64,000 bases of DNA, taken from contig CAXGSM010000001.1 of the NCBI GenBank assembly GCA_964012435.1, positions 1 to 64,000 of the forward strand. Reading direction: 5' to 3'. Position 1 is the stretch's first letter. Each line of letters starts with the position of its first letter. The position numbers and the translations under genes are program-made. Shown piece by piece: positions 42,562-51,332 of this stretch. Source of the stretch: an uncultured bacterium. Its GTDB lineage: Bacteria; UBP7; UBA6624. The notes under the pieces were generated by a model. That model made no database searches, was not told the DNA's origin, and worked only from the letters and a program-made list of their open reading frames with translations.

Positions 42562-43659
42562 TCACTTTACAAAATTATTCCAATTTTTCATATATGAGAT
42601 GAATGTTTTGTTTAATTTCGCTTTTTTCAATTCATGAATGCTGAATGGAGGTTTTTTGGGTGAGTATTTTAGATCAGAGACATTGTGTGCCCAATTTGGA
42701 TGGCCTATTGCTACTCTGCCGACACCAACTAAGTCAGCACCTTGTTTCAACAATTTATGAGCATCGAGGCTTGACCAAACATTACCGGTGCTTATGATTG
42801 TTGGTAAACTTTCATAGCTGTCTGTGATTATTTCAGTTAATGTCCTTTGGCTGTTTGCGATTGAATTTGATTTGGAAAAAACATCCCAACATGATAAGTG
42901 AATGAAGTCAATTGGTAATTTTCTCAAAATGCCAATAAGATTTATTGAATCATTCAATTCAATCCCCAAGCTTTCTATTTCAGGCGAAATACGAATGCCA
43001 ACAATAAATGATTCTGGAACATTTTCCCTTATAGATTTGAATATCTCAATAAGCAATTTAGATCTTTTCTCTAAACTTCCTCCCCAGCCATCCTTTCTTA
43101 AATTTGTTTTTTTTCCTAAGAATTGAGAGATTAGGTATCCATGTGCACCGTGTAGTTCAATTCCATCAAAACCTGCTTGATGACACCTGATTGCACTGGC
43201 TGTGAAATCATTGATTATTTTTTCGATATCCTTCTCCGAAGCTTTCTTTGATTTGCCTGTGAATGATTCTGCGCAATTCAATTCACTTGCAGACACAGGA
43301 ATAAAACCTGTTATTTTTTGAGGGGATTTTGTTCCTCCATGAAACAATTGAGCAATAATGAGACTTTTGGTTTGATGTATGGCTGAAGTTAATTTTATTA
43401 AGTTTGGTATATGGGAATCATCATAAACACCAAATTCTCCATCCCATGCCTTTCCCTCTATTGAAACATTAGTTGCCGCTGTTGTTATGATGCCAAAACC
43501 ACCTTTTGCCCTTTCAGAAAGCCAATTTATTTCATCATCAGAAATAACCCCATCATCATGACTCTGTTTGTTTGTCATAGCAGCCAGAACAGTACGATTC
43601 TGTATTTTCTTGCTTGCTTTCAGAAAGGTGTAGGGTTGTGATATTTTTGGTTTAGGCAT
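42562..43659 (-). CDS. NADH:flavin oxidoreductase (old yellow enzyme family)
   Basis: NRTVLAAMT, RAKGGFG, QLFHGG, AGFDGIELHGAHGYLISQF, WGGSLEKR; alternative start 43683. Confidence 0.93.
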   Translation of the reverse strand: MPKPKISQPYTFLKASKKIQNRTVLAAMTNKQSHDDGVISDDEINWLSERAKGGFGIITTAATNVSIEGKAWDGEFGVYDDSHIPNLIKLTSAIHQTKSLIIAQLFHGGTKSPQKITGFIPVSASELNCAESFTGKSKKASEKDIEKIINDFTASAIRCHQAGFDGIELHGAHGYLISQFLGKKTNLRKDGWGGSLEKRSKLLIEIFKSIRENVPESFIVGIRISPEIESLGIELNDSINLIGILRKLPIDFIHLSCWDVFSKSNSIANSQRTLTEIITDSYESLPTIISTGNVWSSLDAHKLLKQGADLVGVGRVAIGHPNWAHNVSDLKYSPKKPPFSIHELKKAKLNKTFISYMKNWNNFVK

Positions 43660-43807
43660 CTTTAGAGGCATTTTTGGCTGCAAGACCCAAATACAAATAA
43701 CTTATACCAAGTCCAAAAAACAACGCACCTAAAACATTCCCTGTAGTAAATCCTATCCCTAGACCGATTAGGACGCCGCCTGTGATTATTCGGTTGTCTT
43801 CAGCCAT
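43652..43807 (-). CDS. Small Gly-rich two-TM protein
   Basis: MAEDNRIITGGVLIGLGIGF..GALFFGLGISY; alternative start 43834. Confidence 0.6.
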   Translation of the reverse strand: MAEDNRIITGGVLIGLGIGFTTGNVLGALFFGLGISYLYLGLAAKNASKDA

Positions 43808-43859
43808 TAGGCATTCTTGCTTTTCTTTTTTCATAAGGATCGATTCTAATAGGCTTGCT

Positions 43860-46800
43860 TCACCTTAAATCCTTAAGTAGCGATTTGATTGCCGCATCAA
43901 GCTGTGGGTCATTTCCATTGATTTCATCCTCTGGCGTGATTTCAACAATAATGTCTGGTATCGCAGGTCCATTCTCTTGGTTTGCCCCAAGCTTCTCTCC
44001 GTCAGCAACAAACCATCCCCTGAACGGATACCTCATTGAAGACCCGTCTATAAGGCCTTTTGAACCTGTTGATATCACTGCTCCTCTAGTTGGAACACCA
44101 ACCAGCTTACCTCTTTTTAATGTTTTAACTGCATGTGAAAATATTTCAGCGTTACTGTATGAATTTTGATTGCATAAAACTATTATTGGCTTTGTCCAAG
44201 AATACATCGACAACCTGTTTTGGGGATATCCGAATTCTCCATCTTTCGCTCCTCTAGGAATGGTGTATGCGTGTCTTTCAACCATTAATATTTGGAGAAG
44301 CATGTCTGTTGTCCATCCCCCACCATTATCTCTAACATCAATAACTAAAGCTTCTTTATCGTGTCCAACTGAATAAAGTTCAGCTTCAAATCTTTCAAGA
44401 CTTGGCTGACTCATCCCTTGAATATGGACATATCCAAGTTTTCCTCCTGAATCGTTTTCTGTTTTCTCTCTGTTTGTTTTGACCCATGACTCATAGAGTG
44501 CTGTTCTTATGGAATAGGAAGAGCCTGGTTTTATCTCTACCGTGTTCTCTTCAGTTTCACCAAGGATTTCTATTTCTATCTGTGATGAAAAATCAAATCC
44601 GAGTGATTCACGATTTGAATTAACTGCCTGAAGCGTTAATGTGTGTTTCCCAGGATCAAGGTTTAATATCGTTGTTTCAACTTCTTTTCCGAAATGCATA
44701 TGATTGCCATCGCGAGGAACAACATCTCCTTTCTTGATTTCATCACCATCAATAATCAAGGCAAGATAAACCTCTAAAGGATCTATTCCATGATCAAATA
44801 TTATTTTTTCTTTTGCTTTATGCTGATGATGGTTATGTTCATCATCCATTTGATGTCCCTCATGGTTGCTGTGGTCATTATGTCCCTCATGGTTGCTGTG
44901 GTCATTATGTCCCTCATGGTTGCTGTGGTCATTATGTCCCTCATGGTTGCTGTGGTCATGACCATCCTTCATGGGGTCTGCAGGAACATTTAGTGGAAGG
45001 TCCATTACAGTGCTGAAAGAAAGCTCAAAAGCTCCTTTTATTTTTGATTTATTTTTTGGGTAGGTAAAAAACACCTTAGAAAGATTTGTCCCTTCTTCAA
45101 CAACTTCAATGTTGATTGTTTTATAAAGATTGTCGTCGATTATTTCATGTAATCCGTCTGCTAATTGCAACGTTAAGGTATGTTTTCCTGGTTCAAGTTC
45201 AATATATCCATATTTTTCACCCATCATGTAATGTATGTGTGTTTCATCAGCAGGTATAACATCTCCTTTCTTGGAGGGTTCACCATTAATAATCAGATGA
45301 AAATGACCCTTTTTGCTTGTTTGCAAGCCTGCCATTTCTATTTCAAAACCAGAAACTCCAAAACCAACAAATAGAGGAGAGGAAACTTTATCTCCGTCCT
45401 TGATGTTTGAAAACCATACTTCATTTTCAATTTTTTGATCTTCTACCTTTCTTTCAAATGTTACTGGGATTTCTTTTGAGGATGTATCAATAAGCAAGTT
45501 GTGTATGTTTTGATTGCTGATATCAATTTTGTTAATCTTTTTCAGGATATCGCCAGGCTTTATGTCGAGAGTATATTTATCTGCAGGGCTATTTTCAATT
45601 ATTGATTTAACAACTAGTCCTTCTTTTTTGCTTTCCCAGTCAAAAAGAATACCCATTGCACCACTGTATTCTTTGCTTTCATTGATTGAAGGGATTCTTC
45701 CGTAATATCCCAAATGACTACCATTAAGCTCACCAAGCATTGAGTCAATTATGAAATCAAAATCTCTTGGATGTGATGCGCTAACAGCCCATGGAAGATA
45801 CCTGTCATGGACGTCATTCCAATCAGAACCATGAAGATTAGGGTCATAAAACCCTCTATACATTGTCGCCCATGCTTCTTCAAAAACAACCTGTCTCTGT
45901 TTCACTCTGTCCAATTTGTATCTAATACTGAATTTTTTATTTTGGGTAGATTTTTTTGTAGGAGATGTTGAGTAGATAGTTCCTCCTGATTTTGAGTAAT
46001 ATATTGATTTTTGATCTTCACTCCATCTTATCCCATAAGGATAGTGGCCTTCTGTTACTTTTACAGGTGACCCAAAGGTTCCGTATTCCGTCATTGATGA
46101 TGAGTAAAGATCGCTTCCATCATGACTGCCTTTAAAGATCAGTCTTGAACCATCCTTGTTTAAAAGGACTTCTGTTTCACTTCCATCGAAACTTGTTGCT
46201 CTTTTTAACCTGAATTCAATACCTTCTAGATCAATATCAACCCAAGATTCTTTTTCCTTTTTTGAATCTTTTGCTTCCTCTTCCCACAAATCTTTTCTCT
46301 CCTTGTAGGTTAACTCCTGATCATTCTCTCTTAAAAATACATACCATATATCAGAATAGGTGCTGCTTCCTCTGGGAGTAGAGCTTGTTCTTGTGCTTGA
46401 AAATGCTAACATTCGACCATTTTCACTCCATGTTGGATACATATCCATATCTGGATGAGATGATATATTTTTTGGAGAAATTGATCCATCTGTTTTTGCG
46501 ATCCAAACATCGGCATTATGCTCTATATCTTCTACGCTCCATGCTATCCATTGAGAATCAGGGCTCCATGATATCGATGGCCAATCCCATCCGGTTCTTA
46601 ATGTTATTTCATTAGAAATAATTTCATTTTCTTCTTCTGGGTTGGTTTCAAAATCTGCAACAACAAGTTCCCCATAGTCTCTTATAAACGCAATCTTTGC
46701 TCCATTTGGTGAAATTTGTGGACGATGGTTTGGTTTATTTCCTTTTGTTATAGGGTAAGTTTTCCAATCTTCAACTTCTCTTATGGGAGATTCTGTTTCT

Positions 46801-47969
46801 TCACCTGGTTCAGCTATCCATATTTGTTCTATGTTACATATTTTTTGAATTGTTTTTTCAAGGCATGAATTTGATGTAAAAAGTATCTTGTTGCCATCAT
46901 CTATCCATTCAACATAAATTTCTTGTTCAGCGGTATTTGTGACCCTGTGGGATTCTTCTTTTTCAAGATCTTGAACCCAAATGTCTCCATCCACTATCAA
47001 AACCATTGATTTTTCATCTGATGGAGATATTGAGAAGGATGACGCTCCAGAATTAACAGTTTTCCATTCAAAATCATTTGTCAAGGAGTCAGCAGGAACG
47101 ATAATGTTTAGTTCTGATGTTTTTTCTGGACCAGTTTCAAAAAGAATAACTTTTCCACCTACTTCCATTGCTATCATGCTGCCATCTGCTGAAATAGATG
47201 CATTTCTAGGGCCATCTTTCTCAAAAGAGGTAATCTTTTTGCTTTTCATTTTTGTATTCATTGAATAGAGGTTATAGGTTCCATCTTTTTCTGATATGTA
47301 CCAAAGTGATTTACCATCAGGTGCCCACATTGGAGAATGGTCAGCCCCGTCAAATTTTGTCATTAACTTTGCAGGTGTTCCATCATGTTTAATCCATATA
47401 TCTGCATCACCTGAACCCCTGTATCCTTTTCTGTTTGTGCTTTCTGAGCGTCTCATAAAAGCTAAACTTTTTCCATCCGGAGAATAAGTTCCCTGAAAAC
47501 CCAAATATTCAGTAAACCTTTTTGGAGTGTCCTTTTTTTCAATATCTATCATGTACATTTCTGGATTTCTGTAATTTGTTTCGTATCTCATGCTGGAAAA
47601 TATGATGTTTTTACCATCTGATGTAAAGCTTGACATTAGGTCTGAACCGGACCAGTAAGTTAATCGATCTGGTTTTCCTCCATCTGAAGACATTATGTAA
47701 ATATCATCGTTTCCCCATCTGTCAGAAGTAAATGCAATTTTGCTTCCATCAGGTGCCCACATTGGAGAATGGTCGTATGCTGGATGTATTGTTAGCCTCT
47801 TTGCTTCTCCTCCTTTGGATGAAACTGTCCATATATCACCTTGCCAACTAAATGCAATTTGGCTACCATCAGGAGATGGAGAAGGGTGCCTTGGAAGAAT
47901 TGCTTCTTGAGCTTTCAAGCTATATGTGAATAATAATGTTAATAATACCAGTGTTAATGTTTTGTTCAT
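43860..47969 (-). CDS. Secreted tricorn-like S41 protease with two DUF4399-like domains and a His-rich repeat inserted
   Basis: Signal peptide MNKTLTLVLL; PD40 repeats (SPDG/WAPDG); FYDPNLHGSDW; GELNGSH; PDZ; GYVHIQGM; IDVRDNGGG; SYSNAEIF; DPQLDAAI. Confidence 0.93.
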   Translation of the reverse strand: MNKTLTLVLLTLLFTYSLKAQEAILPRHPSPSPDGSQIAFSWQGDIWTVSSKGGEAKRLTIHPAYDHSPMWAPDGSKIAFTSDRWGNDDIYIMSSDGGKPDRLTYWSGSDLMSSFTSDGKNIIFSSMRYETNYRNPEMYMIDIEKKDTPKRFTEYLGFQGTYSPDGKSLAFMRRSESTNRKGYRGSGDADIWIKHDGTPAKLMTKFDGADHSPMWAPDGKSLWYISEKDGTYNLYSMNTKMKSKKITSFEKDGPRNASISADGSMIAMEVGGKVILFETGPEKTSELNIIVPADSLTNDFEWKTVNSGASSFSISPSDEKSMVLIVDGDIWVQDLEKEESHRVTNTAEQEIYVEWIDDGNKILFTSNSCLEKTIQKICNIEQIWIAEPGEETESPIREVEDWKTYPITKGNKPNHRPQISPNGAKIAFIRDYGELVVADFETNPEEENEIISNEITLRTGWDWPSISWSPDSQWIAWSVEDIEHNADVWIAKTDGSISPKNISSHPDMDMYPTWSENGRMLAFSSTRTSSTPRGSSTYSDIWYVFLRENDQELTYKERKDLWEEEAKDSKKEKESWVDIDLEGIEFRLKRATSFDGSETEVLLNKDGSRLIFKGSHDGSDLYSSSMTEYGTFGSPVKVTEGHYPYGIRWSEDQKSIYYSKSGGTIYSTSPTKKSTQNKKFSIRYKLDRVKQRQVVFEEAWATMYRGFYDPNLHGSDWNDVHDRYLPWAVSASHPRDFDFIIDSMLGELNGSHLGYYGRIPSINESKEYSGAMGILFDWESKKEGLVVKSIIENSPADKYTLDIKPGDILKKINKIDISNQNIHNLLIDTSSKEIPVTFERKVEDQKIENEVWFSNIKDGDKVSSPLFVGFGVSGFEIEMAGLQTSKKGHFHLIINGEPSKKGDVIPADETHIHYMMGEKYGYIELEPGKHTLTLQLADGLHEIIDDNLYKTINIEVVEEGTNLSKVFFTYPKNKSKIKGAFELSFSTVMDLPLNVPADPMKDGHDHSNHEGHNDHSNHEGHNDHSNHEGHNDHSNHEGHQMDDEHNHHQHKAKEKIIFDHGIDPLEVYLALIIDGDEIKKGDVVPRDGNHMHFGKEVETTILNLDPGKHTLTLQAVNSNRESLGFDFSSQIEIEILGETEENTVEIKPGSSYSIRTALYESWVKTNREKTENDSGGKLGYVHIQGMSQPSLERFEAELYSVGHDKEALVIDVRDNGGGWTTDMLLQILMVERHAYTIPRGAKDGEFGYPQNRLSMYSWTKPIIVLCNQNSYSNAEIFSHAVKTLKRGKLVGVPTRGAVISTGSKGLIDGSSMRYPFRGWFVADGEKLGANQENGPAIPDIIVEITPEDEINGNDPQLDAAIKSLLKDLR
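44853..44960. repeat. Tandem repeat, 4 x 27 bp (ATGTCCCTCATGGTTGCTGTGGTCATT), encoding (N/H)DHSNHEGH on the minus strand
   Basis: Three identical copies plus one with a single terminal mismatch; no spacers. Confidence 0.97.
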
Positions 47970-48027
47970 GTCATTGTTTCTCCGTAAATTTTTTAGGATA
48001 GGAATTATCATACAATCTGATTTAAAA

Positions 48028-48756
48028 ATGAGAATAAATAAATATCTTTCATTATGCGGTCTAGGCTCAAGAAGAAAAGTTGAAGAGTTCATCAAAGAAG
48101 GCCGTGTTTCTTTTAGGCGTAACCCAGATGGTTTAAATTTAATTAATGATCTTTCATTCACCGTGAAAGAGCATGACGAGGTCTTTTTTGATGGAGAAAA
48201 GCTAAAGACAAAGGTTTACAAATATGTATTGCTTAATAAGCCCAGAGGATATATAACCACAAAAGATGACCCAATGAAAAGAAAGAATGTTATGGACTTG
48301 ATTCCAAAAAGCATGCATCACCTTTCTCCTGTAGGAAGACTCGATAAAGACACTTCAGGGTTAATTATTTTGACAAATGATGGAGATTTGTATCAAAAAA
48401 TTTCTCATCCAAAATATAGATTTATAAAACACTATGTTGTTGAAGCTAAAGGGAAAATATCTTCCAAAAAAATTGCATTATTCACAAAGGGTTTAACTTA
48501 TGGTAAAGAAAAATTAAAAGCGTATTCTGCAACGATTATTGCTTCACATCAGGGAAGGACTGTTGTTTCCATTAAGTTAACTGAAGGTAAAAATCGTGAA
48601 ATACGAAAGATGTTTAACTTTATAAAAAAACCAATAATATCATTGGAAAGAATTGCAATAGGTTCAATCTCAGATAAAAAACTTCAACAAGGAAAATGGA
48701 GAAACTTGAAAGTTTCAGAGATTTCTAGATTAAAAAAAGAACTAGGCATTTCATGA
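48028..48756 (+). CDS. rRNA pseudouridine synthase (RsuA/RluB family)
   Basis: MRINKYLSLCGLGSRR (S4 domain), LNKPRGY, PVGRLDKDTSGL, EGKNREIRKM. Confidence 0.95.
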   Translation: MRINKYLSLCGLGSRRKVEEFIKEGRVSFRRNPDGLNLINDLSFTVKEHDEVFFDGEKLKTKVYKYVLLNKPRGYITTKDDPMKRKNVMDLIPKSMHHLSPVGRLDKDTSGLIILTNDGDLYQKISHPKYRFIKHYVVEAKGKISSKKIALFTKGLTYGKEKLKAYSATIIASHQGRTVVSIKLTEGKNREIRKMFNFIKKPIISLERIAIGSISDKKLQQGKWRNLKVSEISRLKKELGIS

Positions 48757-51332
48757 GTGCACTCCATGTAGGGTCGGCTTTTTCCGTTTGGGAATCTCTT
48801 TGGTCTTCTATAGAAATCGCAAAAAAGAATAAACCTTTAGATGTTATTAAAATTTTGGTTCCTACAAATCATGAAAAAAAACTGATAAATCGCGAATCAA
48901 ACTCAAGAGGTCTTTCTGGCATTTCTCCAGTTATTTTTAATGACATGGTTGAAGATAGGCTGCATGCTAACAATTTTTTTAAACTAGAACCGCCTGCTTT
49001 CATTGATAGGTTTTTCTTATCTCAAGCGTTAAAAAAATTGAACAACACAAGCCTTAATGATTTCCTCCATGATGAGTCGAAATTTTCATTGGAGGAATTG
49101 AGGAAAGCTGTTAATAGAATTTGCGAATATCTTCCCTCTGAAACTGAATCCCTTAAAGGGGAATCCTCATTGATCGATTTAACACTTTTATGGAAGAGTA
49201 TATGGCTAGAAAGCTCTTCTAAATACCTACCTTATCCAATCAAAATTAATATTGCGGCGAACAGTGATTCTTTTTTGAGGGGTGATGATTCTTTAGTTGC
49301 TGTTTGGGGTATTTCAAATTTAAACACTGCACAAGAAGATTTTTTAAGACCATTAAAAGGTGATTTTGATTGGTATGTTCCAGGGCCAAACCCAAATCTT
49401 TCCTCAGATGCATCTTGTTACCTAGCTAGATTAAATTTTTATTTGGGTAAAAAGATTATTGATGCTGGTTCTTCAAAAACAAAAATAAAAAGTACTAGGT
49501 GTGGTGATTTTATAAATTGCTTTTATACAGCTAAATATGATGGTTATGAAAATTTCAGTTGCCCCGAAATAGTGCATGATGATCTTGTTCTTTTAAACTC
49601 TTTATTAAGCTTTAAAGATGACGATTTTCTTTCTAGCAGAAGTATTTCTTCATCCCCTACAGGCAGGGCATTGAAATTCCATGAAGATTTCATTCAGAAT
49701 AAGTACATCCATTTAAATGATTTGATTTTTAATTTAAATTCACTGGGTTGTTTCAAAGAAAATCAGGATATTCATGATTTTGATTTTGACCTTTCAAGAT
49801 ATGGTGTTTCTGACATTCGTAAGGATCTTAGAAGATTGAAAAAGGCAATAGATGCTAAAGTTGAGCCGCCTATTGGGATTAATGTTGAAGAGTTAAAAAA
49901 ATGGATTCATGAGAGTCAGGAAAAAATACTTATCGCTTCAGACGGCTCTTCCTTTTCAAGGATTAATCAAGCAAAATCTAAAACTTTAATATCGGAAATT
50001 AAAGATGAAAAAAATTTCCATGTGGGTGATTTGCGTTTTGAAAAAGATCCCGATGATTACGGAAGGGTCAAAACTCAAACTGTTAGCAATATGAAAAATG
50101 GTGTAATAAGTCCTGAAAGTATTGCATTTATAGGAGTTGCAGATAATAGGTTTCCTGGCAAACTTGATCCTCCTGAATGGCAAGATAGTCAAGAAAATAA
50201 ATTTGCACTTGAAAGTATAGGGATGCCTGATTTGCAGATGAGAATTGAGGAAGAGTCTTGGAGGGCTTGGTGTATAGAGAACAGAGGTGACTCAGGTTGT
50301 GCAGTTTATTGGGACAATATAGATAACCGTGGAGAGGAGCAGTTTTTTAGTTCTTTGTTTGACAAAAAACATTTCAATCAATTTGAGTCTTCAGATGTTA
50401 AAGATGTATTTTTTCCAATAAGCAAATCTAGACATAAGGAACAGGTGGAGCTTTCTTATGTTGAATCAGTTGGAGATGTTTCCTTTAAAAAAATATGGAA
50501 TGTTGGACCTCAAGATTTGCAAATATCTTTAAGGGCTAGCGATTTTAGTTTTGATAAGCCTCCTTGTCTTTTTGCTTATTATGTTTCAAGACAAAATACA
50601 CTTCGCGAAAAGAGGAATGTAGATGTGATTTATCCTGACAGTTTGACTAAAGGTTCTTTTATTCACCACTGCCTAGAGACACTCGCGAAAAGTTTTAGAA
50701 GAGAAGGTCAGGATTATGAACTTTTAGTTCAGAGAGTGATGGATGAAACTTCTTTATGGTATCCGTTTACGGAAAAGCTTGTAAAGAAAGGTTTGTTTAA
50801 GAAATGGAAAATGTTTATTGTTGAGGAGTTGGGGCGCTGGCAGAATGATAGTTTTTCAAAATCTCAACAAGAGTATTCTGGTAAGGGTAAATTTTTTATG
50901 TCAAAAATCCCTTTGGTTGAAAGTTCTTACCAAAACCTTAAAGATGTTGAGATAAGAGCAAAGATAGACAGAATTGAACATTATGAAACCCAAACAGGAA
51001 AGACCAAGGTAAAAATCATTGATTACAAAACGGGTAAAAAGGGCTCGACCAATTGGACACAAGCATTTTTTTATCCTTACTTCCTTGAAGGGGATTTTGA
51101 TTTTCAGGATTTTGTTTACAGGTATATTTTAGAAAAAGAACAAAAAGATGTTAGTTGGATGAGCTTTAAGCGGAAAGAACAAAAAGAGATTTTTATTTTG
51201 GAAAGTTTAAGCACCTGGAAGGATGATTTTTTGAAAGGGGAAATGGTTCCTTGCTGGGTTAAAGATCCATCAAAACCATGTTATTGGTGCCAGAAATTTG
51301 GGAGAAATAAGTTTTGGAGACTTGAGAAATGA
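48753..51332 (+). CDS. AddB/RexB-like subunit with C-terminal PD-(D/E)XK nuclease
   Basis: ILVPT at N-terminus; KGSFIHHCLE, AKIDRIE, IIDYKTG, terminal Cys cluster; directly upstream of a UvrD-nuclease gene. Confidence 0.75.
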   Translation: MSALHVGSAFSVWESLWSSIEIAKKNKPLDVIKILVPTNHEKKLINRESNSRGLSGISPVIFNDMVEDRLHANNFFKLEPPAFIDRFFLSQALKKLNNTSLNDFLHDESKFSLEELRKAVNRICEYLPSETESLKGESSLIDLTLLWKSIWLESSSKYLPYPIKINIAANSDSFLRGDDSLVAVWGISNLNTAQEDFLRPLKGDFDWYVPGPNPNLSSDASCYLARLNFYLGKKIIDAGSSKTKIKSTRCGDFINCFYTAKYDGYENFSCPEIVHDDLVLLNSLLSFKDDDFLSSRSISSSPTGRALKFHEDFIQNKYIHLNDLIFNLNSLGCFKENQDIHDFDFDLSRYGVSDIRKDLRRLKKAIDAKVEPPIGINVEELKKWIHESQEKILIASDGSSFSRINQAKSKTLISEIKDEKNFHVGDLRFEKDPDDYGRVKTQTVSNMKNGVISPESIAFIGVADNRFPGKLDPPEWQDSQENKFALESIGMPDLQMRIEEESWRAWCIENRGDSGCAVYWDNIDNRGEEQFFSSLFDKKHFNQFESSDVKDVFFPISKSRHKEQVELSYVESVGDVSFKKIWNVGPQDLQISLRASDFSFDKPPCLFAYYVSRQNTLREKRNVDVIYPDSLTKGSFIHHCLETLAKSFRREGQDYELLVQRVMDETSLWYPFTEKLVKKGLFKKWKMFIVEELGRWQNDSFSKSQQEYSGKGKFFMSKIPLVESSYQNLKDVEIRAKIDRIEHYETQTGKTKVKIIDYKTGKKGSTNWTQAFFYPYFLEGDFDFQDFVYRYILEKEQKDVSWMSFKRKEQKEIFILESLSTWKDDFLKGEMVPCWVKDPSKPCYWCQKFGRNKFWRLEK

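Noticed and set aside
44853..44960. 27-bp repeats as a CRISPR array
   Set aside because: No spacers, in frame within a CDS, and no cas genes in the window.
44813..45016. Plus-strand ORF with repeated VPHGCCGHY that looks like a metallothionein
   Set aside because: Antisense shadow of the 27-bp repeat inside the protease gene; no independent expression signals seen.
47926..48161. Long head-to-head overlap between the protease and pseudouridine synthase ORFs
   Set aside because: Artefact of longest-ORF calling; the signal-peptide start (47969) and the S4-domain start (48028) remove the overlap.
50500..51332. Cas4 or defence nuclease
   Set aside because: It is the C-terminal domain of an 859-aa protein coupled to a UvrD helicase-nuclease, the AddBA arrangement.
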